Below are positions 44,213 through 52,793 of a DNA stretch of 64,000 nucleotides, in pieces. The first letter of the stretch is position 1; each line of letters opens with the position of its first letter. Source of the DNA: an uncultured archaeon (GTDB lineage Archaea > Asgardarchaeota > Heimdallarchaeia > Heimdallarchaeales > Heimdallarchaeaceae); NCBI GenBank assembly GCA_964534625.1, contig CAZHRF010000012.1, positions 8,501 to 72,500 on the forward strand, written 5' to 3'. The notes beneath the pieces were generated by a model. It was not told where the DNA came from, made no database searches, and worked only from the letters and a program-made list of their open reading frames with translations. The translations under genes were made by a program, and so were the position numbers.

Positions 44213-46129
44213 TTATCTCTTTTTCTTTCTGAACAAACAGAAGGATGCTATAGCAGCTATTACTCCAATGAACATGAATGGAGTTGGTAAGGGTGTGTAT
44301 TCAATCCAACCTGCTACTGAGAGCCATTGTAAAGCAGCGTCAATGTCATAACGGTATTTGATAATATCGTTGTAGTACCAGAAATCCTGAATAGGATAAA
44401 TGGGACTATCACTTATCAAGTATTCACCCTCATGCAACACATTGTTAATCTCTTCTCTATCTATAGCATAAGAGATTGCTTTACGTACGGCAACTGCTCT
44501 TGTATATTCCTCATATCCTGGCTCTTCAAGGAAGACAAAGTTATCGGTTCCACCAATGAACGGTCTTCTCATGTTGAATCCTATGAAACTGAAATATCCT
44601 TGTAACATGCTTTGGACTAGAAATCTATCATCTTGTTGCGCCTGTTTTCTCTCTGCAGGGAATGAAGTTAGACCCATAATGTCCAATTTTCCAGCTTTGA
44701 ATTCAGCAAGGGCAGATGTTTGGTCAGGAATTACTCTGATATTAATAGTTTCTATATCTAACGTTTGTACTGTTCCGTCAATTGCTCCTATACCAAACCA
44801 GTATGGAGATGCTTGTAGAACAGTGATAGAGCCTCTTACATAGTAATCAAGCATGTACTTTCCACATCCAAAAGCTGAGGTGCTGTAATAAACCCATGCG
44901 GGTGTACTTTCAATACCCTCATATAATCCTACAAATTCTACTCCACCAGCTGTTTCTACTACGTCAACTGAGGTTGTATCATTTAAGAAGAACTCAGGAA
45001 ATATTCTCCATGACAATCTTGTCCAGAATGGAGCATAAGGTTCAATTTCTTCGGTATCAGGATTACCATCTACGAACATGTGGAAGGAATACTTGTCATC
45101 AGGATCTACATAAATGTCGCTGATCCAATCAACATAAGTGGAGTCTTCACTTACTCCAGGATATCCCCATGCTAAGTAGGTAAACACTGCATCTTTAGCA
45201 GTTACCTCTTGATTGGTTCCATCACTTGTTAAACCAGTTATACCTTCCATTAGAGGAGCTTCAGACAGATCTGTCGAACCGTCACGTCCAGTAACATTGT
45301 AACTAGGGTTCCAGTAAACGCCTTCTCTCATGGTAAATTTATAGTGATCGTCAGCAATTTGTACCCAATCCTCAACTAAACCTGTTTTGAGTGCTTCATA
45401 ATCAGGATTTAATTGAATAATAGGTTCCATTACTAACGATGAGATGTAAGAACTTGAAGCATCATCTTGGAAGAGAGGATTAAGTTCTTTCCAATTGGCA
45501 TCATGAGTGTTAAACTCCTTGTTATTAGTTTGTCCTTCATGTGTACCGTCAAAGCTCATATATGGGAAACAAGCAATTGTACCCCATCGTTGATCATATC
45601 CTTCGAGATTTGCCCATGTAGCAGTATATGCTCTTGGACTGTAGAAGGGTAACAATGGAACGATTTTGTCCATGACTAACTGTTGCCATTCATAGTAATG
45701 TTGTTGTCTCTCGTCTAGATCAAGTATAGTAACACCTTCTTTAAGCATTTGTTCGCTTTGATTACCATAAGGCATCTCGGTATTCATACCATACATGTTT
45801 AGTGAACCATCTTCTCCCATATATGCATATGGATCAGGGTCACCTGCACCACCAACTAATGCTACGAAAGCTAAATCAAAATCTTGAGTAACGAGTAGTG
45901 TTCCTACGAACACAATCCATTCTTCAACCTTGACATTGACTTTTATACCTATTTCAGCTAGATATTGCTGAGTAAAAAGACCATAATCTGGGCGGAAACC
46001 TCCACCATTTGTCTTATAGGTAAGTGTAGCAATAGGTTCTCGCTGGGCACTAGACATCTGTGCGCTATATACTGTGGAAAAAGCTAGGCTTGTAACCACA
46101 AAAAGTGCAATAAATAGTTTTTTATTCAT
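44213..46129 (-). CDS. Family 5 (DppA/OppA/NikA-type) solute-binding protein, circularly permuted, with C-terminal anchor
   Basis: QQYLAEIGIKV, FDLAF, LNPLFQDD, YKFTMREGVYW, GCGKY, VRKAISYAIDR, YDIDAA; signal peptide; TM plus RKKKR. Confidence 0.85.
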   Translation of the reverse strand: MNKKLFIALFVVTSLAFSTVYSAQMSSAQREPIATLTYKTNGGGFRPDYGLFTQQYLAEIGIKVNVKVEEWIVFVGTLLVTQDFDLAFVALVGGAGDPDPYAYMGEDGSLNMYGMNTEMPYGNQSEQMLKEGVTILDLDERQQHYYEWQQLVMDKIVPLLPFYSPRAYTATWANLEGYDQRWGTIACFPYMSFDGTHEGQTNNKEFNTHDANWKELNPLFQDDASSSYISSLVMEPIIQLNPDYEALKTGLVEDWVQIADDHYKFTMREGVYWNPSYNVTGRDGSTDLSEAPLMEGITGLTSDGTNQEVTAKDAVFTYLAWGYPGVSEDSTYVDWISDIYVDPDDKYSFHMFVDGNPDTEEIEPYAPFWTRLSWRIFPEFFLNDTTSVDVVETAGGVEFVGLYEGIESTPAWVYYSTSAFGCGKYMLDYYVRGSITVLQASPYWFGIGAIDGTVQTLDIETINIRVIPDQTSALAEFKAGKLDIMGLTSFPAERKQAQQDDRFLVQSMLQGYFSFIGFNMRRPFIGGTDNFVFLEEPGYEEYTRAVAVRKAISYAIDREEINNVLHEGEYLISDSPIYPIQDFWYYNDIIKYRYDIDAALQWLSVAGWIEYTPLPTPFMFIGVIAAIASFCLFRKKKR

Positions 46130-46151
46130 TTTAGAATCACCTATTGTTATA

Positions 46152-47351
46152 TTATTTTCTCAACCGCTTGATTATCAATGCGGTTGCTAGTCCAAGCATA
46201 GAGACACTTATAAATATACCGAATGTTGAACCAGTGGGCTCAGTTGTTTCTTCCACACCAACATCTATTATTGCAACAACAGATGCCATTTGGACACCGG
46301 GGAAAGCTCCACCATAAGCTTGTCCTAAATCATTGGCTCTGTATCCACTTACTATGAAGTATGCATAATTTCTACCGACCATTAATCCAAATTCGTTACC
46401 TGTATATTCAAGGATATATTCGTCACTAGTTGCATTATAGTTTAGTGTTTTTGCCAAACTACCATCATTTACCCACATGTTGATATCGCCATAACCCATG
46501 GTATCAACGCCTACAAAACTTGCATAGAAACCCCAGACGAGTTCAAGCTCCATATCATTCCATGTGGTATTATATACAACATCCAAAGTTGCACTTGTAC
46601 CATCCTCTACTGATTGTTGAAGATCTTTGAATAGTTTGGGTTCTGCTGCTGGACGAATATCTCTATAAGTCCAAGTAAAGTTATTCATCAATTCTTCAGA
46701 ATCAATCATTTCAGGATTAATGGTAACGGTAGAATCAGAGAAGACATCAGGTGGTAAAACGGCTTTTGATGTTTCACCAACATAAAATCTTATTTCATCT
46801 TTTACCCAATCCCAAATCATATCATCTTTACCAGATAAATCGGTACTATTTGCTCTGTGCTCTCCTGCCATCACAGTTAAGTAATGCCAGCCTATTTCTA
46901 AGTCAATAGGAATGTCTTGATAGGTACTCCCATCGTAAATATCCATATTTGACATACCCAAATCTATGTCGTCAAGGAACACATTGATCGTTCCGCTAAA
47001 GCGAGTGACATTGTCATCTAGACCCAACTGTTCAGGTGTTAATCCATAATCTTGCAATAGCCAATAGTTGCATGCGTAACCATCTAAATGTGAGGCCGCA
47101 CCCAACCAAGCCGTATATGCTACATCATACCAAAACATGAAGGGGATGTCATCGCCAAAACCGAATACTTGGCTGTTTTTTAATATTCTATTGTCAATTC
47201 CAACAAACAGTTCTCCCATTTCTACTGTATTAGGAGGATTGTACTGCAATGTTAAACTGACTTCATTGCTTTTATTTGCATTAGGTAAAGCACTTACTAA
47301 AAATGTGCTTACTACAAATAGAGCAATAAATAATAAACCTTTTCTTTTCAT
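46152..47351 (-). CDS. Secreted acidic surface protein with C-terminal membrane anchor
   Basis: Signal peptide MKRKGLLFIALF; C-terminal TTEPTGSTFG, hydrophobic helix, KRLRK; SD GGTGA. Confidence 0.7.
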   Translation of the reverse strand: MKRKGLLFIALFVVSTFLVSALPNANKSNEVSLTLQYNPPNTVEMGELFVGIDNRILKNSQVFGFGDDIPFMFWYDVAYTAWLGAASHLDGYACNYWLLQDYGLTPEQLGLDDNVTRFSGTINVFLDDIDLGMSNMDIYDGSTYQDIPIDLEIGWHYLTVMAGEHRANSTDLSGKDDMIWDWVKDEIRFYVGETSKAVLPPDVFSDSTVTINPEMIDSEELMNNFTWTYRDIRPAAEPKLFKDLQQSVEDGTSATLDVVYNTTWNDMELELVWGFYASFVGVDTMGYGDINMWVNDGSLAKTLNYNATSDEYILEYTGNEFGLMVGRNYAYFIVSGYRANDLGQAYGGAFPGVQMASVVAIIDVGVEETTEPTGSTFGIFISVSMLGLATALIIKRLRK

Positions 47352-47598
47352 TATTTATTCACCGCTTACATATAACTTTTGTAAGCATTTTAGAAAGGTA
47401 CTAGTAGTATAAAAAGATTATGGCAATCTTCCTTATTTCCCGATACATTGTTTAGAGGGTTATATCAGTAATTAAGTAATACATCCCTCAACAAAAAAAA
47501 CATGAAGTGATAATTTTTTAAAAATCGTAATATCGAAGTATAATTAACTTTAACCTATTTTCCCCTCTCCTCCAGAAAGAAGATACCCAAAAGACCAA

Positions 47599-47848
47599 TT
47601 AGAATGAGTTGTGAGAAAAACTAACAAGATGGACAAGTATTGTCCTATGCGCAGCTGTTTCATCATCGAGAAACCAGTCTGAAGAAACAAATTCAGCAAT
47701 AATAGTTATTGTTGTTATTTGACCTATTTCAAGAATGTGCACGTCCTAAGAGAAGTCACGCTTATGGAGAAAATGTGATTACTCTCCTATTCACTCTTTC
47801 TGACCACCACTTTGTTCATCGTATCCGTTTAGAGTTAGGTAGCACGTC
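47599..47848 (-). mobile_element. Degenerate IS110-family transposase fragment with adjacent non-coding segment
   Basis: Minus frame 47742-47599 reads HILEIGQITTITIIAEF...F......TILVHLV, resembling the IS110 motif (S)IPGIGxxTAxxIIAEI...F...L..(Y/W)xGLVP. Confidence 0.45.
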
Positions 47849-47957
47849 TACAAATCATTAAATCAATGTTTTTAGGTAGTGATAATTCGTTTTCACAACC
47901 TTTTTTTACTACCGTTATTCTACTTTAATTAATATCATTAATACTAAGTGATTCATA

Positions 47958-48719
47958 ATGACCCAACATGAACCTGAACCTAAACGTGCATACAAGATTG
48001 TGATGATAGGTGATGCAGCTGTAGGTAAAACCTCTATCCGAAGAAATTATATGGGAAAATCATTCCGTACAGATTATCTCAAAACAATTGGGGCTGATTT
48101 TACATCTAAACGTGTTACTTACGACAATGAAACCATCCTCCTTACATTATGGGATATGGCTGGACAATCTATTTTTCATGGTATGCGTTCTTCCTTTTAT
48201 CAAGGTTGCAAATGTGCAATAGTTGTTTTTGAAGTCACAGACCGGACAACATTAGCCAATACGCTCAAATGGGCTGAAGAAGCTTCTACATATGCAAAAT
48301 CTTCTCTTCAAGAAATTTACTTAATCGGAAATAAAATTGATCTTGTTAATCAAAGAATAGTTGAACTTCCTGAAATACAGGAATATGCGAAAAAAATCCA
48401 AAAGAAAACGAATCTTCCAGTAACGGTATATCAAACATCTGCACTTACAGGTGAAAACATCCAACAATTATTTTTAACCATGAGCAAAAGACTCATTCAC
48501 GGTGTTGATGCTGAAAAGGTAAGAAAAGACTTATCAATTTCTACAAGATCAAGTGAAGAAATGATAGACACAAAAGAATTTCAATCCCAACACAAAAGTA
48601 AAGAGCAATTACTTTCTGAGCTACCTGCAGTTCTAACCGATATAGAAGATACAATAGACAAACTCCAATCAATTAAGAAGACCATTGATAAGATCCTTAA
48701 CAATACAAATACAAAATAA
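47958..48719 (+). CDS. Rab-like small GTPase with C-terminal helical extension
   Basis: G1 GDAAVGKTS, G2 TIGADF, G3 WDMAGQ, G4 NKID, G5 TSAL. Confidence 0.93.
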   Translation: MTQHEPEPKRAYKIVMIGDAAVGKTSIRRNYMGKSFRTDYLKTIGADFTSKRVTYDNETILLTLWDMAGQSIFHGMRSSFYQGCKCAIVVFEVTDRTTLANTLKWAEEASTYAKSSLQEIYLIGNKIDLVNQRIVELPEIQEYAKKIQKKTNLPVTVYQTSALTGENIQQLFLTMSKRLIHGVDAEKVRKDLSISTRSSEEMIDTKEFQSQHKSKEQLLSELPAVLTDIEDTIDKLQSIKKTIDKILNNTNTK

Positions 48720-48793
48720 CTGTTTTTTGCCTTACTCATTTTAAAGAGTTGAAAATAAAGGCGTTTTATTGAGCATATAGGGACAATTACGTT

Positions 48794-49393
48794 CTAGCTA
48801 GCTATCCAGAGAGTAGATTGAGCTGTTCCCATTTTTTTTGTTAAAACATTATCTTCTGAGTCATATTCAGAATAGATATAATATACTAGTAAATAAAACG
48901 ACTGCCCCTCACTAAGCAAACCCTTTTCTTTTGTTGGATCTTCACATTTCCCAAAAAACTCTACTGGTACAAGTGTATCTTTTAATGTATACCCCCCATA
49001 ATAATCATTCCATAATTGTTGATTTTCATCTTTAGGTTTCACTGACCAAGGTGTAATAGTATCCAATATTTTTCCTGTGGGCAATAATATATCTATATCA
49101 TATATGTAAATAGTTGTATCACCAGATAAACTCAGAGAAAAGTTTATTTGATCATATAAACCTAAACTTTCATCATATAAAACCAATTCATATTCATCTT
49201 CAATAGTTAGTATGATGGATGATCCACCAACAGAAGTAGACTCTTGTAAGTCGATTATATCGACATTTAAGAAAAGTATACCAACTATACTTGAACCTAC
49301 AATTACAAGTGTTAATATTAGTAAAACACTTAAAATAGGAGAAATAGCTCGTCTTTTCTTATGTATGATATTTTTTAGTGACATGGTGATCAA
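48794..49393 (-). CDS. Archaeal type IV pilin/archaellin-like protein
   Basis: Class III signal KKRRA|ISPILSVLLILTLVIVG. Confidence 0.8.
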   Translation of the reverse strand: MITMSLKNIIHKKRRAISPILSVLLILTLVIVGSSIVGILFLNVDIIDLQESTSVGGSSIILTIEDEYELVLYDESLGLYDQINFSLSLSGDTTIYIYDIDILLPTGKILDTITPWSVKPKDENQQLWNDYYGGYTLKDTLVPVEFFGKCEDPTKEKGLLSEGQSFYLLVYYIYSEYDSEDNVLTKKMGTAQSTLWIAS

Positions 49394-49541
49394 TCATTTT
49401 TGTCAGTTATGGTTACTTAGTTCTTGGGATATATATTCTTTATGAAAAAATAATTGTGTCACATTTAGTACATATTTTTCAAATAGAGCAATAAAATATG
49501 CCCTTCATCAACTATCTACATGTGTCATGATATTTAATACT

Positions 49542-51071
49542 TTAGGCTATCATGTTTTTTATAGATTGATAAATAGATGTAAAGATATAGTCTAAGTCTT
49601 CAATAATCATTTTCCATTTACTCTTTTTTTTGAAACTAGCATACATCTTACTGGGTACAAACAGTAAAAAGAGCATAAAAAGTAATAAAAGGTACAATGG
49701 GTGGATATATCTTGGTTTTATAATAATTATCCAACTATAATAATAAAATCCGATAGTTGAGACAAACATAAAAATCGAATAAAAAAGAGCATACACGACT
49801 TTAAGAGTTACTTTATTACTCTTTTCTTTATTTCTTTTTAGTATGACCGTCAAGCTATCATTCACTAAGAGTACGATACTCAACAGTACAAATGGGGAGA
49901 TAAATGCATCATAATATTTATAGATCCCTCTCGAAATAAAGACATGGGTTACAAGGATAACTAAAGTAGTGTAAATGGTAAAAATCTTTTCATTGTGACC
50001 AATTTCTTTGCCATTGAAATAACCCATAAAGAGTATAAAAAGATAGGACAAAATGAAAGGTACCATATATTTATTTAAGCTAAAATATAGTTTGGCTAAT
50101 CCTTCAGCTTCAAGATGGAGAAAACTATTGGCTAAGGTCACTGTAAACCCATTGTATTCCGAACTGTTAGCTAGTACTCCTACGGGTCTTCCTGGTCCCA
50201 AAACTTTTCTTAAATAAGCATAAGGCGTCAATAGCACCCAAGGTATAGAAAATACTAATGTTGTTAAAATAAATGGGACTAAGAATTTTATGAAGGCGTC
50301 CTTCAATGATTCTTTTTTCCATATTATCATAAACCAGCCTATTACTAAAAATAATGGCATTTGTTTTGATAGCCATGCAAATGTTAGAAAGAGTGCAGAT
50401 ACACGATGTTTTGATTTAAGGAATGCCAAATAAGCTAATAATGTAAAAAAGGTCATTTGAGGTATATTAAGATATAATGTATTAACATAAATTATGTTGA
50501 AAGGCATGAAAATATATAGTAAACCTGCAATTAATCCAATTATGTGTTTTACTACTTTTTTATAGTTTATACATTCGAAATTTATTATAATGAGATAGAC
50601 TACAGAAACACATAATGAGTCAAAAAGAATGTGCGTCCACTTAACGGATTCAAAAACTAGCACATCAAGAGCCATGTTTGGATTAAATAATTGTACAAAC
50701 AAAGATGTAAAGTATAAACCATAAATAAAAAACGGTCCATATGCATACCCATTTAATGGACCTTCTCCTCCTGCGTAAGGATTCCAGTTTTGATATTTAA
50801 AGGATCTAAGATATGGTTCATAATAATACCAAGCGTCAATATACGCTTCTACATACCATGTTACATCTTCTCCTTTCAAATTCTTTCCTTGCCAATAAAA
50901 ACCTGAGTAACGTTGATTAAGTATTATACTTATATGATTCTTTAAGAACATTGACACTACGAATAATAATAAACAAAGTGTGATAGTTATGAATATCTCT
51001 CTTACTTTGGAACTTGTGTAGAACTGCTTCAAACTGTTAATTGACAAATATTCTCTACGTAAATCAACCAC
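49542..51071 (-). CDS. Polytopic GT-C fold glycosyltransferase-like membrane protein (GT87/PMT-like)
   Basis: Acidic first external loop (EAYIDAWYYY), NPY...YAYGP, LSKQMP, about 11 TM helices. Confidence 0.6.
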   Translation of the reverse strand: MVDLRREYLSINSLKQFYTSSKVREIFITITLCLLLFVVSMFLKNHISIILNQRYSGFYWQGKNLKGEDVTWYVEAYIDAWYYYEPYLRSFKYQNWNPYAGGEGPLNGYAYGPFFIYGLYFTSLFVQLFNPNMALDVLVFESVKWTHILFDSLCVSVVYLIIINFECINYKKVVKHIIGLIAGLLYIFMPFNIIYVNTLYLNIPQMTFFTLLAYLAFLKSKHRVSALFLTFAWLSKQMPLFLVIGWFMIIWKKESLKDAFIKFLVPFILTTLVFSIPWVLLTPYAYLRKVLGPGRPVGVLANSSEYNGFTVTLANSFLHLEAEGLAKLYFSLNKYMVPFILSYLFILFMGYFNGKEIGHNEKIFTIYTTLVILVTHVFISRGIYKYYDAFISPFVLLSIVLLVNDSLTVILKRNKEKSNKVTLKVVYALFYSIFMFVSTIGFYYYSWIIIIKPRYIHPLYLLLLFMLFLLFVPSKMYASFKKKSKWKMIIEDLDYIFTSIYQSIKNMIA

Positions 51072-51112
51072 CGCTAATCTCTCCTAAATCCATAGTTCTA
51101 TTATTATGATTG

Positions 51113-52018
51113 TTATTCTGGAAGATCCTCTAGCTCTGTTTTAATAACTGTTATCCACTCCTTCACTGAATTAACAAACGCATTAAAAGCCCGCAAAACA
51201 TTTCTACCATTTAAACAGGAGATTAATTCACTCAAACATATTGTACCATATTTTTTACTCCATTCCGCCTCTATAGTAGATAATAATGCCTTTTGATCTT
51301 CAATGTCTTGATTTTCGATCAAATCAATTTTATTTCCTAAGATCATAATGGGAGGACAAATAACGTAAGAATAATGCTCAAGGAACGCCTCTAACCAATT
51401 TTCAATAGAATTAAAGGTATCTATATCAGTAACATCATAAATTAAAATTATCCCAAATGCTGACTTTGCATATAACCATAGCGATGAAGATTCTGGAACC
51501 TCTAGTATTATACTTTCTAACTCGGCATAAAAATTTTTCACTTTTCTATTTATTGAACCAAACAATACGCCAGGAGCGGGTCTATTGGGTGTATCGCCAG
51601 ACAGAGCATATACGAAAGATTGTTTGCCAACTTTTTCATCGCCTAAAATAACAATTCTACCACTGAAAGATTTTGTTATACGAGAAGGTTTTTCCTCACA
51701 TGGTTGAACTTTTATTGAAGAGAGATCGGGTAAATTACCTCCTTCTTGCCAAGCTATTTCAGTATAACTAGGCATAGTCTCCACATACCACTGCCAAAAC
51801 TCGTCTAAAATACATTCAATATTTTCTCTTAGAAGTGAATGAGCAACGTAAACTTTATTGTCTTCTCTAAAGAAACCCCAAGATTCAGGCATATTAAGCA
51901 GAAAAGTTTTGACTTTTTTGGGGTCGATATTAATTTTTTTTGCTATTTCAGTTTCATCAAGTGAGGAATGTGCCAACAAGTAATCATTCATAAATCCGAT
52001 GATTGTTTCTTTGTTCAT
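51113..52018 (-). CDS. Winged-helix plus degenerate Rab-like GTPase fusion
   Basis: N-terminal HTH (ETEIAKKINIDPKKV); GDEKVGKQS, IILIYDVTD, GNKID, ISCL; DxxG absent. Confidence 0.7.
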   Translation of the reverse strand: MNKETIIGFMNDYLLAHSSLDETEIAKKINIDPKKVKTFLLNMPESWGFFREDNKVYVAHSLLRENIECILDEFWQWYVETMPSYTEIAWQEGGNLPDLSSIKVQPCEEKPSRITKSFSGRIVILGDEKVGKQSFVYALSGDTPNRPAPGVLFGSINRKVKNFYAELESIILEVPESSSLWLYAKSAFGIILIYDVTDIDTFNSIENWLEAFLEHYSYVICPPIMILGNKIDLIENQDIEDQKALLSTIEAEWSKKYGTICLSELISCLNGRNVLRAFNAFVNSVKEWITVIKTELEDLPE

Positions 52019-52247
52019 CTAATATCTCCAAGTTCATTTGATCTATCTAGTTATACATTGACCAATGCATAAACCAAAGATGAATGTATTAATTCAATAT
52101 GCTAGTATAAAACAAGAATATATTAATCTTATTTACGGGAACAAAAAAAATGCAAAAATTAATTGCAGTGATTAAGTAACATCTAAATAAGAAAAATGAA
52201 AAAGGATATGGGGTTAAGCAGGACAGAAAAAGAACCAAAAAAAAGAA

Positions 52248-52673
52248 TTATGAGCAGGACTTTGGGGTAGGGATTGTCTGAATTAGTTGATATGTTTTCT
52301 TAGCTGCGTTTATTGAGTCTCTAAGACCATCTATCTCTTCATTAGACAAGCCAACAGTCCTTAATTCCTCAACAAATGCCGACGGGGCAATAGAAAATCT
52401 TTTCATGTTTTCACCCTTTTTTAGAAATGATTCAACCTTCTTCCTTGTTGCATATAAATAAGGTCTATTCTTAAAATGGATCATAGCCTTTCTTATCTCG
52501 CCCCTCACAATCTCAGCATCTTTTTCAGGAATACCTTTTGAATTAGCTTCTAAAAAACCAGTTATTTCAGCAAGAATATCTTTCTCAATATTTTGTGTTT
52601 TAGGGAAGAGACAGTCTAGTGCGATTTCAAGAAGCTCTTCACTCTCCATAGAATTAATACTCATATACATCAA
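52248..52673 (-). CDS. Hypothetical helical protein
   Basis: 141-aa ORF with its own intergenic flanks; no clear motif. Confidence 0.55.
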   Translation of the reverse strand: MMYMSINSMESEELLEIALDCLFPKTQNIEKDILAEITGFLEANSKGIPEKDAEIVRGEIRKAMIHFKNRPYLYATRKKVESFLKKGENMKRFSIAPSAFVEELRTVGLSNEEIDGLRDSINAAKKTYQLIQTIPTPKSCS

Positions 52674-52793
52674 TTATTAGTTCTAAAAGGTACTAAAAAG
52701 AACACATGACATGAGCATATGATGTGAATTAGACCCGGGTATTACAGAGTTTATCGTCTATTAAACAAAAATTTAGTAAACGACAACTAATAT

